Assembly: GCF_009914755.1 (NCBI RefSeq)
Contig: NC_060929.1
Strand: one strand, 5' to 3'
DNA: 64,000 nucleotides
Source of the DNA: the human T2T-CHM13v2.0 reference genome, Homo sapiens
A model generated the notes under the pieces. The model searched no databases. It was not told the DNA's origin and saw only the letters and a program-made list of their open reading frames with translations. How positions within the stretch are numbered: position 1 is the stretch's first letter; each line of letters starts with the position of its first letter. The position numbers and the translations under genes were made by a program. Shown here in pieces: positions 1-12,999 of the stretch.

Positions 1-2349
1 TATTCCGTTTCATTCCTTTCCACTCGAATACATTCCTTCTATTCCACTCGGAATGATTCCACTCCATTCCATTCCATTCCATTTCGTTCCATTCCATACT
101 ATTCCGTACCATTCCATTCCATTCCTTTCCATTCTATTCCATTCCATGCCATTCCACTCGGGTTGATTCCATTCCTTTCCATTCCATTCGGGTTGAATCC
201 ATTCCATTCCATTCCATTCCATTCGATTCCATGCCATTGCACTCGGGTTGCTTCCATTCCATTGCATTCCATTCCACTCCATTGCATTCCATTCCATTAC
301 AAACAATTCCATTGCATTCCTTTCCATTCCATCCCAATTGGGTTGAATGCATTCTATTCCATTTCCTTCCATTCTATTCTGTACCATTCCATTCCATTCC
401 ATTGCATTCCGTTCCACTCCATTCCATTCGGGTTGATTCTATTCAATTCCTTTACACTCCATTCCATTCCATTCCATTCCACACAATTCCATTCCATTCG
501 ATTAAATTCCAATTGGGTTGAATCCATTCCGTTCCATTTCGTTCCATTCCATTCTATTGCGTACCATTCCATTCCATTCCATTCCTTTCCATTCCATGCC
601 ATTCCACTCGGGTTGATTCCATTTCATTCCATTCTGTTCGGGTTGATTCCATTCCATTCCATTCCATTCCATTCCATTCCATTCCATTGCACTCGAGTTG
701 ATTCCATTCCATTCCATTCCATTCCATTCCATTCCATTCCATTCCACTCGGGTTGATTCCATTCTATTCTTTTCCATTCCATTCCATTCCCTTCCATTCT
801 AGTCCGGTTGATTCCATTCTTTCCATTCCACTCGAAATCATTCCCTTTTATTCCACTCGGAATGATTGCACTCCATTCCATTCCATTCCATTCAATTTCG
901 TTCCATTCCATTCCATTCCTTACCGTTCCATTCCACTCCATTCCATTCCATTCCATTCCATTCCATGCCATTCCACTCGGGTTGATTCCATTCCTTTCCA
1001 TTACATTCGGGTTGAATCCATTCCATTCCATTCCATTCCATTCGATTCCATTCCATTGCACTTGGGTTGATTCCCTTCCATTCTATTCCATTTCACTCCA
1101 TTCCATTCCATTCCACTCCATTCCATTCGGGATGATTCCATTCCATTCCATTCCATTCCACCCTGTATGATTCAGTTCCATTCCATTCGATTCCATGCGA
1201 TTTGATTCCATTCCATTCTATTCCGTTTCATTCCATTCCACGCCATACGATTCCATTCCATTCCAATCCATTCGGGTACATTCCACTGCATTTCATTCCA
1301 TTCCATTCCATTCCTTTCTGGTAGATTCCATTCCATTCCATTCCATTCCATTCCATTCCATTCCATTCCATTCCATTCCATTCCACTCGGGTTGATTCCA
1401 TTCCATACCTTTCCATTCCACTCCATTCCCTTCCATTCCACTCGGGTTGATTCCATTCGTTTCCAATCCATTGCATTACATTCCCTTCCATTCCACTTGG
1501 AATGATTCCTTTCAATTCCATTGCATTCCATTCCAATCCATTCCATTCCATTCCATTCCATTCCACTCGAGTTGATTCCATTCAATTCCATTCCATTCCA
1601 TTCCATTCCATTCCACTCGAGTTGATTCCATTCCATTCCATTCCATTCCATTCCATTCCATTCCATTCTATTCGTTTCCTTTCCATTCCATTCCACTCTG
1701 TTTTATTCAGTTCCATTCCATTCCATTCCACGCGATTTCATTCCATTCCATTCTATTCCGATTCATTCAATTCCAGGCCATAAGATTCCATTCCATTCCA
1801 TTCCAAAGGGGTACATTCCATTTCATTCCATTCAATTCCATTCCATTCCATTGAATTATGGTAGATTCCATTCCATTCCATTCCATTCCATTGCACTCGG
1901 GTTGATTCCATTCCTTTCCATTCCACTCGATTACATTCCCTTCCATTCCACTCGGAATGATTCCATTCCATTACATTCCATTCCATTGCATTCCATTCCA
2001 ATCCATTCCATTCCACTCGAGTTGATTCCATTCCATTCCATTCCATTCCTTTCCATTCCATTCCATTCCATTGCATTCCATTCCATTCGGGTTGATTCTA
2101 TTCAATTCCTTTAAAATCTATTCCATTCCATTCCATTACACACAATTCCATTCCATTCCATTGCACTCCAATTGGGTTGAATCCATTTCATTCCATTTCG
2201 TTCCATTCCATTCTATTCCGTACCATTCCATTCCATTCCATTCATTTCCTTACCATTCCATGCCATTCCAATCGGGTCGATTCCATTTCATTCCATTCCA
2301 TTCTGGTTGATTCCATTCCATTCCATTCCATTCCATTCCATTCCATTCC

Positions 2350-5300
2350 ATTCCATTCCCATCCGCTCCGTTCCATTCCATCCCATTCCATTCGGGTTGA
2401 TTCTATTCAATTCCTTTACACTCCATTCCAATCCATTCCATTCCACACAAATCCATTCCATTCCATTCCATTTCATGTGGGTTCAATGCATTCTATTCCT
2501 TTAGGTTCCATTCATTTCTATTCCGTAGCATTCAATTCCATTACATTCAATTCCATTCCATGCCTTTCTACTCGGGTTGATTCCATTCCACTCCATTCCA
2601 TTTCATTCCAGTCTGGTTGATTCAAATCCATTCCTTTCCATTCCATTCCATTCCCTTCCATTCCACTCGGGTTGATTCCATTCCTTTCCATTCCACTCGA
2701 TTACATTCCCTTCCATTCCACTCGCAATGATTCCATTCCCTTCCATTGCATTCCATTCCAATCCATTCCACACCATTCCATTCCACTCGAGTTGATTCCA
2801 TTCCATTCCATTTCATTGCATTCCATTGCATTCCAATCCATGCCATTCCATTCCATTCCATAGCATTCCATTCCATTCCATTCCATTGCACTCGAGTTGA
2901 TTCCATTCCATTCCATTCCATTCCATTCCTTTCCATTCCATTCCACTCTGGTTGATTCCATTGTATTCTTTTCCATTCCATTCCGTTCCCTTCCATTCCA
3001 CTCGGGTTGCTTCCATTCCTTTCCATTCCAGTCGATTACATTCCCTTCTATTGCATTCGGAATAATTCCACTCCATTCCATTCCATTCCATTCCATTCCA
3101 TTCCATTCCATTCCATTCCATTTCGTTCCATTCCATTCTATTCCGTACCATTCCATTCCATTCCTTTCCACTCTATTCCATTCCATGCCATTTCACTCGG
3201 GTTGATTCCATTCCTTTCCATTCCATTCGGGTTGAATCCATTCCATTCCATTCCATTCCATTCCATTCCATTCCATTCCATGGCACTCGGGTTGATTCCA
3301 TTCCATTCCATTCCATTCCATTCCATTCCATTCCGCTCCATTCCATTCGGGATGATTCCATTCCATTCCATTCCATTCCATTCCACTCTGTTTGATTCAG
3401 TTCCATTCCATTCCATTCCACGCGATTTGTTTCCATTCCATTCTATTCCGTTTCTTTCCATTCCATGCCATACGATTCCTTTCCATTCCATTCCATTCGG
3501 GTACATTCCATTCCATTCCATTTCATTCCATTGCATTCTGGTAGATTCCATTCCATTCCATTCCATTCCAATACATTACATTCCTTTCCATTCCTTTCCA
3601 TTCCTTTCCATTCCATTCCACTCGGGTTGATTCCATTCCATTCCTTTCCATTCCATTCCATTCCCTTCCAATCCCTTCCATTGCATTTCATTCCAATCCA
3701 TTCCATTCCATTCCATTCCACTCTAGTTGATTCCATTCCATTCCATTCCATTCCATTCCATTCCGCTCCATTAAATTCAGGATGATTCCATTCCATTCCA
3801 TTCCATTCCACTCTGTTTGATTCAGTTCCATTCCATTCTATTCCACGCAATTTGATTCCATTCCATTCTATTCCGTTTCTTTCCATTCCATGCCATACGA
3901 TTCCATTCGATTCCATTCCATTCGGGTACATTCCATTCCATTCCATTCCATTTCATTCCATTGCATTCTGGTAGATTCCATTCCATTCCATTCCATTCCA
4001 TTCCATTCCAATCCATTCCATTCCCATCCGCTCCGTTCCATTCCATCCCATTCCATTCGGGTTGATTCTATTCAATTCCTTTACACTCCATTCCAATCCA
4101 TTCCATTCCACACAAATCCATTCCATTCCATTCCATTTCATGTGGGTTCAATGCATTCTATTCCTTTAGGTTCCATTCATTTCTATTCCGTAGCATTCAA
4201 TTCCATTACATTCAATTCCATTCCATGCCTTTCTACTCGGGTTGATTCCATTCCATTCCATTCCATTTCATTCCAGTCTGGTTGAGTCAAATCCATTCCT
4301 TTCCATTCCATTCCATTCCCTTCCATTCCACTCGGGTTGATTCCGTTCCTTTCCATTCCACTCGATTACATTCCCTTCCATTCCACTCGCAATGATTCCA
4401 TTCCCTTCCATTGCATTCCATTCCAATCCATTCCACACCATTCCATTCCACTCGAGTTGATTCCATTCCATTCCATTTCATTGCATTCCATTGCATTCCA
4501 ATCCATGCCATTCCATTCCATTCCATAACATTCCATTCCATTCCATTCCATTCCATTCCATTGCACTCGAGTTGATTTCATTCCATTCCATTCCATTCCA
4601 TTCCTTTCCATTCCATTCCACTCTGGTTGATTCCATTGTATTCTTTTCCATTCCATTCTGTTCCCTTCCATTCCACTCGGGTTGCTTCCATTCCTTTCCA
4701 TTCCAGTCGATTACATTCCCTTCTATTGCATTCGGAATAATTCCACTCCATTCCATTCCATTCCATTCCATTCCATTCCATTCCATTCCATTCCATTTCG
4801 TTCCATTCCATTCTATTCCGTACCATTCCATTCCATTCCTTTCCACTCTATTCCATTCCATGCCATTTCACTCAGGTTGATTCCATTCCTTTCCATTCCA
4901 TTCGGGTTGAATCCATTCCATTCCATTCCATTCCATTCCATTCCATGTCACTCGGGTTGATTCCATTCCATTCCATTCCATTCCATTCCATTCCATTCCA
5001 TTCCGCTCCATTCCATTCGGGATGGTTCCATTCCATTCCATTCCATTCCATTCCATTCCACTCTGTTTGATTCAGTTCCATTCCATTCCATTCCACGCGA
5101 TTTGTTTCCATTCCATTCTATTCCGTTTCTTTCCATTCCATGCCATACGATTCCTTTCCATTCCATTCCATTCGGGTACATTCCATTCCATTCCATTTCA
5201 TTCCATTGCATTCTGGTAGATTCCATTCCATTCCATTCCATTCCAATACATTACATTCCTTTCCATTCCTTTCCATTCCTTTCCATTCCATTCCACTCGG

Positions 5301-5650
5301 GTTGATTCCATTCCATTCCTTTCCATTCCATTCCATTCCCTTCCAATCCCTTCCATTGCATTTCATTCCAATACATTCCATTCCATTCCATTCCACTCTA
5401 GTTGATTCCATTCCATTCCATTCCATTCCATTCCATTCCATTCCATTCCATTCCGCTCCATTCCATTCAGGATGATTCCATTCCATTCCATTCCATTCCA
5501 CTCTGTTTGATTCAGTTCCATTCCATTCCATTCCACGCAATTTGATTCCATTCCATTCTATTCCGTTTCTTTCCATTCCATGCCATACGATTCCATTCCA
5601 TTCCATTCCATTCGGGTACATTCCATTCCATTCCATTCCATTGCATTCCA
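2350..5650 (+). repeat. Tandem duplication of a ~1.67 kb higher-order unit (about 2 copies)
   Basis: The marker catgtgggttcaatg occurs at ~2474 and ~4139. ORF pairs 2288/3953, 2672/4337, 3007/4682 and 3465/5140 give offsets of 1665-1675. Confidence 0.85.
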
Positions 5651-7699
5651 TTGCATTCTGGTAGACTCCATTCCATTCCATTCCATTCCATTCCATTCCA
5701 TTCCATTCCATTCCATTCCATTGCACTCGGGTTGATTCCATTCCTTTCCATTCCACTCGATTACATTCCCTTCCATTCCACTCGGAATGATTCCATTCCA
5801 TTCCTTTGCATTCCATTCCATTGCATTCCATTCCACTCTAGTTGATTCCATTCCATTCCATTCCATTCCACTCCATTCCATTCCATTCCACTCTAGTTTA
5901 TTCCATTCCATTCCATTCCATTCCACTCCATTCCATTCCGTTCCATTCCATTCCACTCCATTCGGGTTGATTCTACTCAATTCCTTTACACTCCATTCCA
6001 TTCTATTCAATTCCACACAATTCCATTTCATTCCATTCCATTCCATTCCATTCCATTCAATTCCGTTGCACTCGAGTTGATTCCATTCCATTCCATTCCG
6101 TTCCATTCCATTCCATTCCATTCCTTTCCATTTCGTTCCATTCCATTCTATTCCGTACCATTCCATTCCATTCCTTTCCATTCCTTTCCATTCTATGCCA
6201 TTTCACTCGGGTTGATTCCATTCCTTTCCATTAGCTTCAGGTTGAATACATTCTATTCCATTCCATTCCATTCGATTCCATTCCATTGCACTCAGGTTCA
6301 TTCCATTCCATTCCATTCCATTCCATTCCATTCCATTCCATTCCATTCCATTCCGCTCCATTCCATTCGGGATGATTCCATTCCATTCCATTCCATTCCT
6401 TTCCCTTCCATTCCATTCCACTCTGTTTGATTCAGTTCCATTCCATTCCATTCCTTTCCATTCCATTCCATTCCATTCGGGTTGATTCCATTCCTTTCCA
6501 TTCCACTCGATTACACTCCCTTCCATTCCACTTGGAATGATTCCATTCCATTACATTCCATTCCATTGCATTCCATTCCAATCCATTCCATTCCACTCGA
6601 GTTGATTCCATTCCATTCCATTCAATTCCATTTCATTCCATTCCATTCCATTCCTTCATATTCCATTCCATTCCATTCCATTCGGGTTTATTTTTTTCAA
6701 ATCCTTTACACTCTATTCCATTCCATTCCATTCCACACAATTCCATTCCATTCCATTCCACTCAAATTGGGTTGAATCCATTTCATTCCATTTCGTTCCA
6801 TTCCATACTATTCCGTACCATTCCATTCCATTCATTTCCTTACCATTCCTGCCATTCCAATTGGGTTGATTCCATTTCGTTCCTTTCTATTCGGGTTGAT
6901 TCCATTACATTCCATTCCATTCCATTCCATTCCATTCCACTGCACTAGAGTTGATTCCATTCCATTCCATGTCATTCCTTTCCATTCCATTCCACTCGGG
7001 TTGATTCCATTCTATTCCTTTGCATTCCATTCCATTCCCTTCCATTCCACGCGGGTTGATTCCATTCCTTTCCATTCCACTCGAATACATTCCCTTCTAT
7101 TACACTCGGAATGATTCCATTCCATTCCATTCCATTCCATTCCATCCCATTCCATTTTGATCCATTCCATTCTATTCAGTACCATTCCATTCCATTCCAT
7201 TCCATTGCATTCCATTCCGTTCCGTGCCATTCCACTCGGGTTGATTCCATTCCTTTCCACGGCATTCAGGTTGAATCCATTCCATTCCATTCCATTCCAT
7301 TCCATTCCATTCCATTCCATTCCATTCCATTCCTTTCCTTTCCATTGCACTTGCGTTGATTCCATTCCATTCCATTCCATTCCATTCCATTCCATTCTAT
7401 TCCACCCAATTCCTTTCGGGGTGATTCCATTCCATTCCATTCCATTCCATTCCATTCCATTCCATTCCATTCCATTCCACTCTGCTTGATTCAGTTCCAT
7501 TCCATTCCATTTCACACGATTTGATTCCATTCCATTCTATTCCGTTTCATTCCATTCCACGCCATAGGATTCCATTACATTCCATTCCACTCGGGTACAT
7601 TCCATTCCATTCCATTCCATTCCATTCCATTCCGTTCCATTCCATTCCATTCTGGTAGATTCCATTCCATTCCATTCCATTCCATTCCATTCCATTCCA

Positions 7700-8450
7700 T
7701 TCCATTACATTACATTACATTGCACTCGGGTTGATTCCATTCCTTTCCATTGCACTCGAATACATTCCCTTCCATTCCACTCGCAATGATTCCATTCCAT
7801 TCCGTTGCATTCCATTGCATTCCATTCCATTCCATTCCATTCCATTCCATTCCATTCCATTCCATTCCAATTGGGTTGAATCCATTCCATTCCATTTCGT
7901 TCCATTCCGTTCTATTCCGTACCATTCCATTCCATTCCATTCCATGCCATTCCACTCGGGTTGACTCCTTTCCATTCCATTCCATTCGGGTTGATTTTAT
8001 TCCATTCCGTTCCATTCCATTCCATTCCATTGCACTCGGGTTGATTCCATTCCATTCCACTACATTCCATTCAATTCCATTCCATTCCACTCCATTCCAT
8101 TCGGGATGATTCCATTCCATTCCATTCCATTCCTTTCCATTCCATTCCACTGCATTCCATTCCACTCCATTCCACTCCATTCCATTCCATTCCATTCCAT
8201 TCCATTCCATTCCATTCCATTACATTACATTACATTACATTGCACTCGGGTTGATTCCATTCCTTTCCATTGCACTCGAATACATTCCCTTCCATTCCAC
8301 TCGCAATGATTCCATTCCATTCCGTTGCATTCCATTGCATTCCATTCCATTCCATTCCATTCCAATTGGGTTGAATCCATTCCATTCCATTTCGTTCCAT
8401 TCCGTTCTATTCCGTACCATTCCACTCCATTCCATTCCATTCCATTCCAT
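7700..8450 (+). repeat. ~0.5 kb tandem unit, second copy truncated
   Basis: The (catta)n-gcactcgggttg...ctcgcaatg block occurs at ~7703 and ~8220 (ORFs 7731/8251, offset 520). Confidence 0.75.
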
Positions 8451-11440
8451 TCCGTTCCATTCCACTTGGGTTGATTCTATTTCATTCCTTTCCATTCCTT
8501 TCCATTCCCTTCCATTCCACTCATGTTGATTCCATTCCTTTCCATTCCCCTGGATTACATTCCCTTCCATTCCACTCGGAATGATTCCATTCAATTCCAT
8601 TGCATTCCATTCCAAACGATTCCATTCCATTCCATTCCACTCGATTTGATTCCATTCCATTCCATTCCATTCCATTCCATTCCATTCCATTCTATTCCAT
8701 TCCATTCCTTTCCATTCCATTACATTCCATTCTATTCGTGTTGATTCTATTCAATTCCTTTACCCTCCATTCCATTCAATTTCATTACACACAATTCCAT
8801 TTCATTGCATTCCGTTCCATTTGGGTTGAATCCATTTCATTCCATTTCGTTCCATTCCATTCTATTGCGTACCATTGCATTCCATTCATTTCCTTACCAT
8901 TCCATGCCATTCCAATCAGGTTGATTCCATTTCATTCCTTTCTATTCGGGTTGATTCCATTCCATTCCATTCCATTCCATTCCATTCCATTCCATTCCAT
9001 TCCATTCCGTTCCATTGCACTCGAGTTGATTCCATTCCATTCCATTCCATTCCATTTCATTCCTTTCCATTTCATTCAACTCGGGTTGATTCCATTCTAT
9101 TCCTTTCCATTCCATTCCTTTACCTTCCATTCCACTCGGGTTGATTCCATTCCTTTCTATTCCACTCCAATACATTCCCTTCTATTACACTCGGAATGGT
9201 TCCATTCTATTCCATTCCATTCCATTCCATTCCATTCCATTCCATACCGTTCCATTCCATTTCGTTCCATATCGTTCAATTCCATTCTATTCAGTACCAT
9301 TCTATTCCATTCCATTCCATTGCATTCCATTCCATTCCATGCCATTCCACTCGGGTTGATTCCATTCCTTTCCACTCCATTCGGATTGAATCCATTCCTT
9401 TCCATTCCATTCCATTCCATTCCATTCCATTCTATTCCACTCCATTCCATTTGGGGTGATTCCATTCCATTCCATTCCATTCCATTCCATTCCATTCCAT
9501 TCCGTTCCATTCCATTCCATTCTGGTAGATTCCATTCCATTCCATTCCATTCCATTCCATTCCATTCCATTCCATTACAATACATTACTTTGCACTCAGG
9601 TTGATTCCATTCCTTTCCATTCCACTCGATTACATTCCCTTCCATTCCACTCGGAATGATTCCATTCCATTCCATTCCAATCCATTGCATTCCATTCCAT
9701 TCCATTCCATTCCATTCCATTCCATTCCAATTGGGGTGAATCCATTCCATTCCATTTCGTTCCATTCCATTCTATTCCGTACCATTCCGTTCCATTCCAT
9801 TCCAAGCCATTCCACTCGGGTTGATTCCTTTCCATTCCATTCCATTCGGGTTGATTATATTCCATTCCATTCCATTCCATTCCATTCCATTCCATTCCAT
9901 TGCACTCGGGTTGATTCCATTCCATTCCACTACATTCCATTCAATTCCATTCCATTCCACTCCATTCCATTCGGGATGATTCCATTCCATTCCATTCCAT
10001 TCCATTCCCTTCCCTTCCATTCCATTCCATTCCACTCCATTCCACTTGGGTTGTTTCTATTCCATTCCTTTCCATTCCATTCCATTCCCTTCCATTCCAC
10101 TCGTGTTGATTCCATTCCTTTCCATTCCACTGGATTACATTCCCTTCCTTTTCACTCGGAATGATTCCATTCAATTCCATTGCATTCCATTCCAATCGAT
10201 TCCATTCCATTCCTTTCCACTCGAGTTGATTCAATTCCATTCCATTCCATTCCATTCCATTCTGTTCCATTCCATTCCTTTCCATTCCATTACATTCCAT
10301 TCTATTCGGGTTGATTCTATTCAATTCCTTTACCCTCCATTCCATTCAATTCCATTACACACAATTCCATTTCATTCCATTCCATTCCAATTGGGTTGAA
10401 TCCATTTCATTCCATTTCGTTCCATTCCATTCTATTCCGTACCGTTCAATTTCATTCCATTCCTTTCCATTCCATGCCATTCCACTCGGGTTGATTCCAT
10501 TTCTTTCCATTCTATTCGTGTTGATTCCATTCCATTCCATCCCATTCCATTCCATTCCATTCCATTGCAATCGAGTTGATTCCATTTCATTCCATTCCAT
10601 TCCATTCCATTGCATTCCATTCCATTCCTTTCCATTCCATTCCACTCGAGTTGATTCCATTCTATTCTTTTCCATTCCATTCCATTCCATTCCCTTCCAT
10701 TCCACTCGGGATGATTCCATTCCTTTCCATTCCACTCGAATGCATTCCCTTCTATTCAACTGGGAATGATTCCATTCCATTCCATGGCATTCCATTCCAT
10801 TCCATGCCATTCCACTCGGGTTGATTCCATTCCTTTCCACTCCATTCGGGTTGAATCCTTTCCATTCCATTCCATTCCATTCCATTCAATTGCACTCGGG
10901 TTGATTCCATTCCATTCCATTCCATTTCATTCCATTCCATTCCATTCCATTCCATTCCATTCCATTCCATTCCATTCCACGCCATTCCATTCGGGGTGAT
11001 TCCATTCCATTCCATTCCATTCCACTCTGTTTGATTCAATTCCATTCCATTCCATTCCACGCGATTTGATTCCATTCAATTCTATTTCGTTTCATTCCAT
11101 TCCACACCATACAATTCCATTCCATTCCATTCCATTCTGGTCCATTCCATTCCATTCCATTCCATTCCGTTCCATTCCATTCCTTTCCATTCTGGTAGAT
11201 TCCATTCCATTCCATTCCATTCCATTCCATTCCATTCCATTCCATTGCACTCGGGTTGATTCCATTCCTTTCCATTCCACTCGATTACATTCCCTTCCAT
11301 TCCACTAGAAATGATTCCATTCCATTTCATTCCATTCCATTGCATTCCATTCCAATCCATTCCATTCCACTCGAGTTGATTCCATACCATTCCATTCCAT
11401 TCCATTACATTCATTTCCTTTCCATTCCATTCCATTCCAT

Positions 11441-11540
11441 TCGGGTTGATTCTATTCAATTCCTTTACACTCTATTCCATTCCATTCCATTCGGGTTGAT
11501 TCTATTCAATTCCTTTACACTCTATTCCATTCCATTCCAT
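11441..11540 (+). repeat. Exact 50-bp tandem duplication
   Basis: tcgggttgattctattcaattcctttacactctattccattccattccat occurs twice in succession. The same pair is at 50126-50225. Confidence 0.9.
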
Positions 11541-12999
11541 TCCACACAATTCCATTCCATTCCATTCCACTCCAATTGGGTTGAATCCATTTCGTTCCAT
11601 TTCGTTCCATTCCATTCTATTCTGTACCATTCCATTCCATTCATTTCCTTAACATTCCATGCCATTCCAATCGGGTTGATTCCATTTCATTCCTTTCTAA
11701 TCGGGTTCATTCCATTCCATTCCATTCCATTCCATTCCCATCCGCTCCGTTCTATTCCATCGCATTCCTTTCGGGTTGATTCTATTCAATTCCTTTACAC
11801 TCCAATCCATTCCATTCCATTCCACACAATTCCATTCCATTCCATTCCATTCCAAGTGGGTTGAATGCATTCTATTCCATTTCGTTCCATTCATTTCTAT
11901 TCCGTACCATTCCATTCCATTACATTCTATTCCATTGCATGCCATTCTACTCGGGTTGATTCCATTCCATTCCATTCCATTCCATTCCATTCCATTCAAT
12001 TCCATTCCATTCCACTCGGGTTGATTCCATTCCATTCCTTTCCATTCCATTCCATTACCTTCCTTTCCACTCGGGTTGATTCCTTTCCTTTCCATTCCAC
12101 TCGATTACATTCCCTTCCTTTCCACTCGGAATGATACCATTCCATTGCATTGCATTTAATTCCAATCCATTCCATACCATTCCATTCCACTCGAGTTGAT
12201 TCCATTCCATTCCATTCCATTGCATTCCATTCCATTCCATTCCATTCCATTCCATTCCATTCCATTCCATTCCATTGCATTCCATTCCATTCCATTGCAT
12301 TCCATTCCATTCCATTCCATTCCATTCCATTCCATTCCATTCCACTCCATTCCATTCCATTCGGGTTGATTCAATTCAATTCTTTACAATCCATTCCATT
12401 CCATTCCAATCCACACAATTCCATTCCATTCCATTCCAATTGGGTTGAATCCATTTCATTCCATTTCGTTCCATTCCATTCTATTCCGTACCATTCCATT
12501 CCATTCCATTCCATTCCATTGCATTCCGTTCCATTCCATTCCATTCGGGTTCATTCTATTCAATTACTTTACACTCCATTCCATTCCATTCTATTCCACA
12601 CAATTCCATTCCATTCCATTCCATTCCAATTGGGTTGAATCCATTCCGTTCCATTTCGTTCCATTCCATTCTATTCCGTACCATTCCATTCCATTCCATT
12701 CCTTTCCATTCCATGCAATTCCACTCGGGTTGATTCCATTCAATTCCTTTCTATTCGGGTTGATTCCATTCCATTCCATTCCATTCCATTCCTTTCCATT
12801 CCATTCCCTTGCACTCGAGTTGATTCCGTTCCATTCCATTCCATTCCATTCCATTCCACTCGGGTTGATTCCATTCTATTACTTTCCATTCCATTCCATA
12901 CCCTTCCATTCCACTCGGGTTGATTCCATTCCTTTCCATTCCACTCGAATACATTCCCTTCTTATCCACTCGGAATGATTCCAATCCATTCCATTCCAT

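Noticed and set aside
1954-1964. Canonical heat-shock element in GGAATGATTCC
   Set aside because: The GAA and TTC are 3 nt apart rather than the 2 nt of nGAAnnTTCn, and there is no three-unit alternating array.
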